The position numbers were made by a program, and so were the translations under genes. Shown in pieces: positions 37,986 through 50,469 of a DNA stretch of 64,000 nucleotides. Each line of letters opens with the position of its first letter. The first letter of the stretch is position 1. The notes beneath the pieces were generated by a model that was not told where the DNA came from, searched no databases, and saw nothing but the letters and a program-made list of their open reading frames with translations. This stretch comes from Mobula hypostoma (lineage: Eukaryota). Location of the stretch: NCBI RefSeq assembly GCF_963921235.1, contig NC_086101.1:12648001-12712000 (forward strand). The letters run 5' to 3'.

Positions 37986-38064
37986 CATGCTGCGGGCTCA
38001 GGTTACACTTTCTCTGTAATTTCATAGCTTGCTAATCGTGCTGTAAGATTATCAAAGTATTAAA

Positions 38065-38500
38065 GCAGCACGAGGGATTCTGCAGATGCTGAAAATCCAG
38101 ACCAACACACACACAACGCTGGAGGAACTCAGCAGATGGGGCAGCATCTATGGAGAAGAATAAACAGTCGACATTTAGGGCCAAGACCCTTCTTCAGGGC
38201 TGGAAAGGAACAGGGGAGAGGCCGGAATAAGAAGATGGGTGGAGGGGAAGGAGTACAAGCTAGAAAGCGATAGGTGAAGCAAGGTGGGGGCGGGGTGTGA
38301 AGTAAGAATCTGGGGAGGTAGTAGGTGGAAAAGGTAAAGGGCTGGAGTGGAGAATGGCCCATGGCGAAAGGGAAGGAGGAAGACCACCAAGGGGATGTGA
38401 CAGGTAGACGAGGAGAAGAGGAGAGGTAAGAGGTGTCCAGAGAAAAAGGAAAGGGGAGCGGGAAAATTACCAGAATTTGGAGAAATCGATGTTCGCGTGA
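38065..38500 (-). mobile_element. Penelope-like 3' fragment with degenerate hammerhead
   Basis: Same terminal sequence family; CTGAAGA-AGGGTCTTGGCCC-TAAA-TGTCGACTG on the minus strand. Confidence 0.7.
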
Positions 38501-39164
38501 TGCCTAATGTCTGCAAGTCCAAGTCCACTGGAGGCTATAGGCTGAAGATAGCCTGTGTTGGGTTTGGACAACTGTCCTTCTGTATACATTAGCATATAGG
38601 AGGGAGAGGCAGGGTTTGCTTTGCTGTTGCTGCTTGTGCTTGATAGATTTTGGTGTTTAAATCCAATGTTATTTAAGAAGTCATGAATGAGGTATAAAAC
38701 TTGTTATTTCATGATTGTTTATTAAGAGTTGATAGAACAGGAACAGAACAGTGACGGGGTCTACTACCTGAAGGAAAGAGAAACGAAAGATGCCATCTAG
38801 CATAAACCAGCTACTTTTCTGCCTTGTTCTCATTACTCAGCAGGAAGGAGGTTCAGAAACCTGAAGTCACACACTCAACGATTCAGGATGGCCTTTCCCC
38901 CTCTACCTCACTACTTCCTTACTTCTATTTTTACAAACTTATTTAATTTCACTATTTACTGTAATTGACAGTTTCTTTCTATTATTATGTATTGCTGCTG
39001 CAAAGAAAACCTATTTCACGACATGTGCTGGTGGTAATAAGCCCTGTTTCTGATTTATACCCCAAAATTAGAAAAACTCCATTCCTACTTATAGAGGGGA
39101 AGGAGTACAAGCTCCTTCCAATTAAACCAATGAGAAAATACTTACATGTAATGGTCTCAATATC

Positions 39165-39600
39165 GTAGTTCGTCGTCGTCGTCGTCGTGGCTGTCCCTCG
39201 TGGTCGAGGATGATGGTCTTTGTTCTGAAGAAGTGGCCCACAGAGTGAAGACGCCTGTGCGTGTATTTGTTTAACGTGTTCTTGATCTTGCACTCCAAGA
39301 AGCACACGATACTTCACAAATCAATCAACTGATTCCAATGGCATGGAAACCACGACAATTGGAGCTGATGGATTTGTTGTAGTCTTCATCCGCCTTCACA
39401 GCTGTTGAGTTCGAAGTAACTTCATCCGCCTGTTCCACCATTGAGGTCTTGGTTGGATTGTTCTTTGTCAGGGACCTCACCCTCGACTTTACTGCCATGG
39501 GTGACCCTACCAGGAGCATAGCTCCAGATGGCATCGCTCTCGGGATCTCAGGACCACGCAAGCTTCTCCACCACGACAAGGCGACAATCCACGGAGAAGA
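39165..39600 (-). mobile_element. RTE-derived SINE-like element with (ACG)n tail
   Basis: Minus strand begins GCCTTGTCGTGGTGGAG...GCTATGCTCCTGGTAGGGTCACCCATGG (resembles an RTE 5' UTR) and ends in ACG repeats. Confidence 0.6.
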
Positions 39601-39759
39601 TCATAGTTCATCACCTTTACCTATAATACTCCTGGCATTAAAATAAACAAAGTTCAAACTATCTGCCCCATCGTATCTATCTTTGTTCCTGACTGTTATT
39701 TCCTCCTGGCATTGACATCTACCTTCATCTCCATCGCGCCCCCACTGCCTTTCTCGTCT

Positions 39760-41180
39760 GGTATAACGAGAGGTTGGGCAAATTGGGTTGTTTTCTCTGG
39801 AGTGGCGGAGGCTGAGGGGAGATCTGATCGAGGTTTATAAGATTATGAGAGACACAGATAGACAGAAAATATCCCCCTCCGGGGTTGAAATACCAGAGGG
39901 CATTGCAGTTAAGGTGAGAGGGGATAATTTCAAAGAAGTTCACTGGAATTCAGATGGATGAGCAGTGACCTAATTGAAACCTATCGAATGATGAAAGGCC
40001 TTGATAGAGTGGATGTGGAGAGGATGTTTTCTATAGTGGGAGAATCTAATACCAGAGGACTCTGCCTCAGATCAGAGGTGTGTCCTTTTTTGAACAGAGA
40101 TGAGGAGGAATACCTTTAGCCAGAGAGCAGTGAATCTGAGGAACTTATTGCCACAGGAAGCTGTGGATGCCAAGTCTTTATGTATATTTAAGGCAGAGAT
40201 CGATAGATTGTTGATTGGTCAGGTAATGAAAGGATACGGGGGGCGAGAAGGCAAGATATTGGGGCTGAGAGGAAAATTGGATCAGCCATGATGAAATGGC
40301 ACAGCAGACTCGATGGGCCAAATAGCCTAATTACAGACCAAATTCTCCTGTTCCTTATGGTCTTAAGATGCGAGGGGCACTTTTTTTTCTATAGTGGGCG
40401 AGCGGTGGGTGCCTGGAAAACGCTGCCTGGGGTGGTGGTGAAGGCAGGTACGGTACATTAGGGAATTTTGAAGAGACATTTAGATAGGCAGATGAACGTG
40501 AGGAAAATGGAAGAAAAGATTAGTTTAGTTGGCCATTTGATTACTAACTGAAGGGCCTGTTCCTCTGCTGTACCATTCTACGATCGAAGGGCCCCCCACC
40601 ACCCTCTTCACATTATTACCATCAGGAGGAGACTGAAGACACACACTCAACATCTTAGGAACAGCTTCTTCCCGCCTGCCATCAGATTCCTGAACAGGCG
40701 ATGAACCCATGAAAATAATGCTCAACTTATTTACGTTTTGAATATATACTGTATTTCCTATTATATTTTATAGTATATTTTAAGTATTGCACTGTACTGC
40801 TGCTGCAAAACAACAAATATCCTGATGTACAGTATCTGAGTGATAGTAAACCTGATTCTGATTAGCATCGCAGTTACGATTGTTAAAAAGGTGTTGCGAT
40901 TCTCACTAATTATGTTCGGAACCAGCGGGCAGAGCCTCAGGATGGAAATACATACCTTTAGAACAGAGACGAGGAGGAATTTCTTTCGTTAGTGGGTGGT
41001 GGTTAATTTCCACAGGTGGCTCTGTAGGCCAAGTCACTGGTCATATTTGAAGCAGAGATTGATAGATTCTTGATCAGTGAGGGTGTCAGGCATCACAGAG
41101 AGAAGGAGGAGAATGGGGAATAAAAAATTCTGCCATGATCGAATGGCATAATTCTGCCGTTTTGTCTTATGGTCTTAGTG
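39760..41180 (+). mobile_element. Cluster of nested CR1/L2 3' fragments
   Basis: RRLRGDLIEV-type and 'FSQRAVNLRNLLP' remnants with CR1 3' ends. Confidence 0.7.
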
Positions 41181-44100
41181 AATAGGAATTGGACAGGACA
41201 ATACCTTATAGACAAATTCTGTACATCTGTTTTAAAGAAGAAGCAACTAGATGGCAAATGACCAAAGGTTAAAAAAAACGCTTGATGTTAAGCTTTATTT
41301 ATAGATTTATTTGTGATATTTACATCGAAACATGTGCAGCTGCGGGTAAAAAGGGTCCAGAGGATCATGAGAGACTCCAGCCACCTCAACCACAAACTGT
41401 TGCATCTGGCAAACGGTACCGCAGCATGAAGGCCAGGACACCTTCTATCACCAAGCCATCAGAATTATCAAAGCACAGTGAACTGATTGCGTATCCATCT
41501 GTACATTGTGTCTGACTGTACATACATGAATACGAAACAATCCTAGTGTTGGGCAATACCCTCCCACATTTCTCTTCCCTATTGCTTGTACGTTGTGACA
41601 GAGACACAACATGAAGATTTTTACTCCCTCGTCTTGTGAGACGGATGTAAGAAATAAAATGCTACCGCGTCGCCCTTGGGCCGGGACATCTGAACCCAAA
41701 GCAGACAGATCTTTAGCTGTCACTATAAGTGGAATGAATGCAAGCCTGATGTCCCCCAACAGATTATAAAGCGGTGAGATATCAGAGCATCATCAAGCCA
41801 CTCAACCCATTGAATCTGCTCTAACACTGAATCAACCCATTCTCCTCTCTATCCATGTAACCCTTAACCTCCTTACCAATGAAGGACCCATCAACCTCAG
41901 ACTTTAATAAACCCAACGTCTTCGCCTCTGGAGCCATCAATTCTATGATTCACCACGCTCTGTCTGAAGAAATCCCTGCTAGTTGCAATTCCAAAGGAAA
42001 CTTTTTGATTTTGGGGCTATGCCTTCTGATCCTAGACTTCTAGTAATGGAAACATTCTCTCCTCGTCCAGTCTATCCAGGCCTTTCAGTAATCGATAGAT
42101 TTCAAGGAGACTCCACTCTTCTTCTGAACACCATCCAATACAGGCCCAGGGTCATTAAACACTCCACATAGAACATGTTAAGCTTTTCATTTCCGTTTAC
42201 CTCCTTTGGACCCTCTTCAGGGACAATTCATCCTTCCTTAGAAAAGGGCCCAATTTCTAAAAATCTTATTTAAATGTGCTAACATATGTCATATGTTCAA
42301 AATTTAAAAAAAAACTTTTAAAAGAGACAAGGCACTTTGTCCACATTAAACTTCTAAATACATTTAAAGCAGCGCCAGGTTAGTTTTATTTGATTGAAAC
42401 AGACAACAACTAATTTAAATTAATAAAGCCCCTCATTCTTATATTGGAGAAAATGAAGTATCTGGGGGCGAGATTCGAGCACGGCCAGGCAGCACTTGGA
42501 GAAGGAGCATGCAGTCTCTATGGGCACGGGGTTAGGGGGAAGTTCCGTCAGCAATGGGCCCCCGCAAGCGCTTGAATGTCCTGAAATAGTATTTTTATTT
42601 TAACTAACAGATCTAACTAAGTGTGCGAGATATCACCGACGCTGCGAGGGATCGTTCGATGCGGAGAGCCATGATCACCCAAGCGTGTAACGCGCAGGGC
42701 ACATGAAGAAGAAGATCTTTATTTTAATTTGAAATCGTTGCTAGTTTTGTGACCCCCTATTACTGTATGTATTTTTATAAGTGAATTATCTTTTGTATGT
42801 TTGTAGAAAATACTCGTCTTTGGACCGCTCCGGATGCTCCCACATTCCAAAGACTTACTGCTAGGATTCGTGAGTTGTGGCGCTGGCAGCCTGGCGACAC
42901 TTGCGAGCTGCCCCAGCACAATCCTCGCTGTTATGATTTGACGGAAACGATTGCATTTCACTTTAAGTTTCGACCTACATTTGACAAATCAAGCTTTTTT
43001 TTAAGCTCCGTTCCCGTCTGCCTTTAATGGAGCCGCGATGAACCAACTCGAGCCGCCCGCAAGTTCAATCACGTCAGCGCTGGGGAGACCGATGCTTAAG
43101 TTGTTTATGGTTTTACGGTCGAAAGGCGAAAGCAGTTATGCATCAATGAATGGCTACAGCAAGACGTCACAAAACATCTTCCGTGACAATACACGCCTGA
43201 CGGCTCTGCAATGTGCCGCAGGTATCCAACAACTAAAGCGAATGTGTCAACATAAAGGAGCCTTCCCTGGACTCTGATTTGGACCGTGTCTGTATCGGAT
43301 CTCATCACTAACAAAATTTGACTGCATTCATGATATCCAAGACCAAATCCCGCCATTTTCCAACTCAGGTGGCCTGTTCATAAAAACTGCATCTAATTTC
43401 TCACTAAACGTTGATTATCTATTTCCTTCCGCAGATGCTGCTCAATCGGCGCGGCACTAAAGCAGTTTGTTTTTATTAACCGCCCCCAAGACTCTAGCAT
43501 CCACATCTCTTGTATATCCAGCTCATTTCTTCGTACGAGATACAAAATATTCGGGGACAAAACGCTTTGTTCTAACTTACTCGGTCATAGTGCAGATCAA
43601 ACGAAAGTCTAATGGAAGCAACTTTAATGTATGAATGTGGGTGTCTTCTGGATTTGATGAAACTTATTAACTGTTCGTCTTTCGTTACTGTATCTGCTGT
43701 CTCGTATGTCTCATGGTCTTTCCACGACTACGATTGTTCTTGGCAAATTTTTCTATGGGGGGGGGGAGGAACAGTACGACCACAATTCAGAATCTGCCCA
43801 TCTTATTTTAAATCAGCGACTCTTTCTTACTGGAAGAGTGTAGATGCAGCTGGGCACACACGGGTTAAAAAAAATCAATTTGAGAACAACGCGTCGTGTA
43901 TAATTAAACATGTCTAGAAAATTGTTAAATTCAACATAAACGAATCAGATTAGATTGAAATGCAGTGAAAACTTATGAAATTGTACATTTAATGTTTCAA
44001 CCTGAATCATATGAAGGCAGCAACACGCAAAAAACTGTTGGAGGAACAGGTCCGGCAGCAGCTGTGGAGGAAAATGGACAATGGACGTTTTGGGCCGAGA

Positions 44101-44609
44101 TCCTGATCGGCACGGTCTTGGCGTGAAACGTCGACTCCCCATTTCCCTCTACAGATGAGGCCTATATTGCTGAGTTACTCTAGCGTTTTGTGTGTTGCTC
44201 GAGTTTTCCAGCTTCTGCAGTCTCAAATCTTCATTACAAAGGTTGGTTCCAATTTCGGAAAGGAAAATTTCAGAGTTATTGTGAAGAGCTTTCATGGATT
44301 GAGTTTAAAACCTCTATTGGTTTATTCTTTATTCAATAAAAAATTAAAATCCCTTCAGTTGAAGCATTTCATAATAGTTCTGAATTTTCCTTTCCTTAAT
44401 TTGAACCTACTTTCGTAATGAAGACCCAAGCAGTAAAAGGGAAATTATAGTCACAGGAAACGTGCAGTAGAGATATAATTGGTAAGGTTACTGAGAAGCG
44501 ATAATTAGAAAGTTTGATAATTTATGTCTGCAAAGAGAAGGGAGAGGTGGAGTGAACCTTAATCATTTTTGTTAGGTGTTTCTAAACACAAGTAAACAAC
44601 TATACACGA

Positions 44610-44626
44610 TTTATTTTCTTTTTATT
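44610..44626 (-). terminator. Two AATAAA poly(A) signals downstream of the H1-like ORF
   Basis: TTTATT at 44610-44615 and 44621-44626 on the plus strand, ~80 nt past the stop; no canonical stem-loop nearby. Confidence 0.55.
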
Positions 44627-44703
44627 TGATCAAAAAAATCATTAGCACATATGTCTGTTACGTCAGGTTAACATAATATAAACTGTTTCAGCTCTTGTCT
44701 GAG

Positions 44704-45357
44704 TCATTGTGTTTGGATGGAGTCGGTTTCAGATCCAAATCTGTTGGGTTCGCGCTCTAATGGGCTCTTCGCAGACTTCCTGGGCTTTCTCGAGCCCCGG
44801 CGGCTCGCCAACACTTTCTTCACCCGGATGCCTTTCCAGCGGGTCGACTTTTTCACGGCGCCGTACTTTCTACGGTGCCTGCCCAGTCTCTTCACCCGCT
44901 GGCACCTCTTCCTGCCTGTTGTCCTCAGCCTTCGGGACTTCCTGGCCACCTTGGGGGTGGCTGCCGTCGTTTCCTCCGGACTGTTGCCGAGGCTGGCCGA
45001 GCCCGAGGCGTCACAGCCCACCGTTTGCTCCAGCGGTCCTTTGCTAGGCGGGCTGCGCACAGTTCGACTAACCCGCGAGTTACTGCGGGCCAAGTTATAG
45101 TCGCTGGGCGACAGCGCTTTCTTCATAGCGGCCACCGAGACCCGGCGGCGCTCCCTGGTGGATGCCACCGCCTTCATGATATGCTCGGCCACCGTACAGC
45201 CAAACTTCCTGTGCCGGTACTGCCTCCGCTTCTTTTTCACGGCCGCCGCAATGTCCAGCACCGCTGCCTCGTCGGAAGGAGACGGGACTGCAGGTGGTGG
45301 CGGGGCCGGGGCCGTCGCAGCAGAGACGTCGGTGCCCACCACTTCCGAATCTGCCAT
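44704..45357 (-). CDS. Arginine-rich histone H1-like protein (217 aa)
   Basis: Intact ORF; TVAEHIMKAVASTRERRRVSVAAMKKAL...NSRV...SKGPLEQTVGCDASGS aligns to the H1 globular domain; R/K-rich tail; CpG-rich upstream region. Confidence 0.85.
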   Translation of the reverse strand: MADSEVVGTDVSAATAPAPPPPAVPSPSDEAAVLDIAAAVKKKRRQYRHRKFGCTVAEHIMKAVASTRERRRVSVAAMKKALSPSDYNLARSNSRVSRTVRSPPSKGPLEQTVGCDASGSASLGNSPEETTAATPKVARKSRRLRTTGRKRCQRVKRLGRHRRKYGAVKKSTRWKGIRVKKVLASRRGSRKPRKSAKSPLEREPNRFGSETDSIQTQ

Positions 45358-45434
45358 TCAGTAGCCGCCCACTCGCGTTGCTTCCGCCCCGCAGCTGCGG
45401 CTCCAATGACGGCACCGCCCCGGCGGGGCGGCGG

Positions 45435-45510
45435 TTAAAGCGGCGGCGCGGACGCGGTAGACACAACTGGCCTCCCGGTACCGCCCGAAGCGGCGCGGTT
45501 GTGCTTTTTC
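45435..45510 (-). promoter_or_regulatory. H1-type promoter with variant boxes
   Basis: Order on the minus strand: AAAGCACA (AC/H1-box variant), GGGCGG, CCAGT (CCAAT variant), TTTAA (TATA variant); TGTGTTA further upstream at 45844-45850. Confidence 0.55.
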
Positions 45511-46529
45511 CTCTCCGAAAGTGGCTCGCGTTCAGCTCAAAATCGAGCACTCGGAAAGCCGGGCCTGTAGTATACTTCCCACCCTGCACAATTAGTCGCC
45601 TAAGCCATGATTTGGAGTTTAGAAACGCTCTGGTGTCTTTCCTAACACTCCATCATTGCGCCGTGACACCTCAAAGCAATAGGCTCCTCCCATTTTCCCG
45701 GTTAGAATGTCGCACCTGTTCGATACTTCGTCTCCTGTTAATCCTCAGACTTGCAGAGGAAGAGTTGAGACTCATATTCCACAGGGACCTATTGTTTTAA
45801 CATCGTATGCAACCGGGAAATCTCCTGCTAAGCATAGCCTCAGTAACACACCAACTTTGCGACATGAAAGCTGAGTAAATCGGAGGATCCTGCCGCAACC
45901 AAAGATATTTTGCTGTTTTCATGATAAGACCACCACCCCCAATCAATATTTTACTAATGGACGCCATAAGAGGTCACAACGGCCTGAACTAGGGCGAATC
46001 TCTCAACTCTTGTGATTCCCTCGCGATTGGAGAGTTCCACAACTTAGCTCGGGCATGGCAACTACCCTTTTAACCGAAAAGTCCTAAATTAACCTGATGA
46101 GTTGAAGATTCATTTAAGTCCAATAGCAACTGTGGTGTGGACATTATACGCACAAATCACAGCCTTTCATTCCAATGTTTCTCAAGTTTTCGACAAAGTA
46201 TCCACCTTCATCCCCAGATGGACATGTTGAAAATACCTGTTGCTGTCAGTAAGAACTTCTGAAGCACGTCATCAATACAGCCTTTTCGACGACAGTAGGG
46301 ACACTAGAAACAAAGATGGATCACGCACTTCCGATGAAGGTGGCAACTACTCGGATGGAAAGCAGGCAAGGAGCGGCCGGATTCCAAGTCCATACGCCGA
46401 AAAGTCCAGTGATGATGCCACTATACCACCGGGCGGCATAATTTACAAGGTACGCATGTTAACTCGAACTCAGCTCTTGAAAAAAAAAGACCCTTTCTAC
46501 GAATGGCATTTTTGCCTTATTTGTTATTT

Positions 46530-46775
46530 TAACTACCAAACGCCTTTGCCTAAACTTTAAAGCAGACACAAGCATTGCAATGACTGTTCTGCCTTTGGCA
46601 TGTTCGGTGGAGGTAACTGAACCCCAAAAACATTTTCGAAAAATAAAACTTTCAAGAAACCACGTTTCCTCATATATAAGGTCAGAACTATATCTAATTC
46701 CCTCGCGGCAAGCCAGACGCAGATGAGTAGGTAATTCAACAACTTTACGGTAGCATCTTTGCCTCTTACAGTCAT
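46530..46775 (-). pseudogene. Highly decayed histone H4 pseudogene
   Basis: [48 protein letters not shown] vs H4 [49 protein letters not shown]. Confidence 0.8.
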
Positions 46776-49700
46776 ACAAATAAAGTAACTGAATTCTGCA
46801 AAAAAAAAACACATCACACCGTCTCGATTTGATATCAATCTTCCGGACCTGGTTGAAGAACGTGAACGGCGGGGTGGGGAGGGGGTGTCAAAGGACTCGG
46901 CAACGCTATAGTTCGGAAACATTTGTGGTAAACAAACGACATGCACCTTCAAACAAGAGAAAATCCGCAGATGCCGGTCGACTGTACTTTTTTCCATAGA
47001 TGCTGCCTTGCCTGCTGAGTTCCTCCAGCATTTTGTGTGTGCTGAGTTGCTTTCCAGCTATGATTTGTTTAAGCTCAAAATAATGTTCAAGTAAAACGCG
47101 TAACTTCGTTATTTTTTCCGACTCACTTTGAACGACATCCACTTAACGTTTTTAAATGACTCTCAATAGGAAAATAACGAACCTTAGGGTTTTAGGGATG
47201 AAATTTAACACATCGTGGTTCTGATTTTTATTTATCCCCGTCTATTTTCTGTCCAACAACGCATTCTTCCTCGCTTAAAAATTACATCACGCTAGTTTTT
47301 ACATCTACGATAGCTTTTAAATTCGTTTAACGGGCTGAGAGGATCGTTTGAAATGAAAACAACTGGGCAAATCAATTATTGCTAATGTGGGTTTTGCCTT
47401 GGCAGATTTCTGGCCTTAAAACACGATCTATAACTTTATTTTTCACAGTTCGCTGCACTGTTTAATGCGCAAACCCACCCTTAAATTTAGGAAGATCGAT
47501 ATGACAAATACATTTGTGAAATAAATCACCAGTGAAACACAGAACTGAAATGTAACCACCATTGCTCCTGCACTGCGCTTTTGACATCATGCGATTAGGA
47601 GCTGAGTTAAGGTCAAAGATTAGAATGCAAGGTTAATGTATGAGGCCGGGCTATGAAGGTTAGAAGATGGGGAAATATAATAGCTGGATTTGGAATTAAA
47701 GTTAAGTTAGGCATTGGTTAAAGTTAGTGTTAAGAAGTTATAAAGTTGCAAGCTCCGAAGTCATTAGAATCCTTCAATAAATTAATTAATTAAATGAAAA
47801 TACACTCAAATTAACGGTTTTGTGACCAGATTCCTCAGATTGGAAATAAGATCAAACCTGAATGCACGTACTCTTTATTTTGTGGCGTATGGGTTGTCCA
47901 TCGAAAGGTAACGCCTCTGGTCCAGGGGCCTGCTGTGTCCATTCCGGGGCAGCTCACTCATTTTTGGTCCCCACCGGTCACTCAGCTCTCACCTGAAGCG
48001 TCAAGCACCTGTTTACACCCCGGTATACCGCTTCGACAGGCGAGCTAAACCAGGAGGATATCCGGTGGTCTCGTACCCGGTGAAAAAGTGGCAGACCTCT
48101 CCCAGCTCCGGCGAACTGGGTGGGTAAGATCTACAGTGCGATCCGACGGCCAGGAAAGCGGCACTGCATCGTTTCGTGGAGAACGAAGAGCATGACTAGG
48201 CACAGAAGACGTCATTGTCTTCGACTGCACCCAAGTTTGTGACGCTTCTCGGTACCACAGGACCCAAACTTCAAAGGTCTCAGAAAGGCAGCGTTCATTA
48301 TTAAGGACCTCCAGCACCCAGGGCAGCCCTTTTCTCACTGTTACCATCAGGTAGCAGGTACAGAAGCCTGAAGGCACACACTCAGCGATTCAGGAACAGC
48401 TTCTTCCCCTCTGCGATCCGATTCCTAAATGGACATTGAAGCTTTGGACACTACCTCACTTTTTAAAATATACAGTATTTCTGGTTTTGTACGTTTTAAA
48501 AAATTTATTCAATATACGTAATTGATTTACTTGTTTATTATTTTTTCTCTCTCTGCTAGATTATGTATAGCATTGAACTGCTGCTGCTAAGTTAACAAGT
48601 TTCACGTCGCATGCCGGTGATAACAAACTGATTAAAAACTCTCCCGCACTGGTTTCCTGTCATTGTCGGATATGATGGACTCTTAATTCAACTTCATGCA
48701 TCTGAAGTATTTTATTAATGCGTTGATTAGACAAAACAGTGAAAGGCCATGATTCTCAGAATGGCTACACATATCGTCTCGTAATTTTACAGCTTGTACT
48801 GCAAAAACCACTATAATTCTAAAGTGGTTCACGGTGAAGGGTCTTCACTGTTTATTTATTTCCATAGTTGCTGCCTTACCTGCTGAGTTCCGCCAGCACT
48901 TTGTGCACGTTGCCCACAGTTAAAAGATCGTTTGGCTAGTTTCTGAAGAATATTTCCTGAGCCAAGAATGGAATAAAAGTTGTTTAAAACCTATAGGTTT
49001 AGACAGATTTATTTTATGTGTTTGTTGTTACGATCAAATCTAAACTTCCGGTTGATAGGCATTCCCAGGCTAAACTATGGTGTTTCAACATTGCAGAGAT
49101 AAATTTGAGATTTCAAATAAAAAGCCAATTGTGCCCAAGCAACATTCTAAATTCAGTCGGACTAAAGGTACTGGAATTGGGTTACCGGTTTTCCGTCTAT
49201 TTAAATAAAAATTCTGGAAAGAAGACTTGTTACAGAATTAGATGCACCGTAGCTTCAACAAAATAAAAAGACAAGGCGCGGAAGGACGCCAAATAATAAA
49301 CTAACACGTGCCAATGAATTATTGATTATTTTTGCTGTTTCTGTATTGTGTTAAACCTAGACCATTTTCCAATGAGGTCTTAATGCAAACCACCTTTTGT
49401 TTTCTCCGATTAGTCCGGTGTGTCGCTGTGAGTATTGCAGAGGATCGTCATCGGTGTGCTTTAAGCCCATTGGTTAAAATGCTGTCTTGTGATTGGCTGT
49501 AACCCGAGGGTATATTTTCAATCCCTCTATGCAAATGAGGGTTGCGGTTTTATTACAAACGGTTTTTGTCGGTCGTTGGCCAGTATGAATTCACAAACCT
49601 GGCCATGAGATCAAATGAAATCGTCAAAGCGCTCAGCCATTTGAATGACCTTAAATGACATTACTATATCCTAAATACTGGTTACTAGGACAATTTCAAA

Positions 49701-50469
49701 CTGCACATTTGTTTGATATTAGAGGAAAATTCCTGATATATTGTCAGCTATATTTAAAATTCAGGAACAGCTTCTTCCCCTCTAACACACACGCTTACTG
49801 TGATTACTTTTTTCTCATGTATTGCAAAGTTGCTGCCGCAAAATTAACAAATTTCACGACATATGCCGGTGATGGTAAACCCGATTCTGATTCTGAGTTC
49901 AGAACTGTGATCAAAGTGCAGCAAAACACTCCTGATACATTTCTACAAGATTTTCTGAAATAAGTGTTTTTTTTCTTATTTAAATAATTCCATCCACTCC
50001 AAAACACTGAGGTAACCCTGGTCAAGGGTACTGACATAACCCTAAGTAACTAGTTACAGGACAGCCTGAGTTCCCCTCCATAGATGCTGCGTGACTTGCT
50101 GGGTTACTCCAGTGCTCTGTGTTAACCCAACACATAGGTGTCTTGTTGGGCTTGACAGGTCCAGTGTTCACGAGCACGATGCTGTACAGCTAGGAACCAT
50201 TAATTTGCACTCAGGAACTTGGTCCAAGAATTTGTTTTCTTACTTGACTATGTTCTTTTTTCCTCCTTTCTCGTTGTTTTGAATGCATGTGTATGTTTTT
50301 GCATCTTGGTCCCAGGGGAATGCTGTCTCGTTGGGCTATATCCATGACAATCCAATGACAATTACACTTGATTTGATTTGATATAGCTTGGCTGCCAAGA
50401 ATATATTGGCTATACAAAAATTTATATTTCCAGTCACCTTAAGTTCTTCAGCTTTAGTTGTGTTGCCTG

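Noticed and set aside
42450-42720. Possible H2A relic (KYLGA..E.G.AA; DAARD)
   Set aside because: Only scattered short matches in different frames; cannot be supported without an alignment
43030-43360. Possible H3 relic (GCCGCCCGCAAG = AARK)
   Set aside because: A single 4-codon match with no further H3 similarity
44709-45800. Several overlapping ORFs around the H1-like gene
   Set aside because: GC-rich, stop-poor sequence with no recognisable domains
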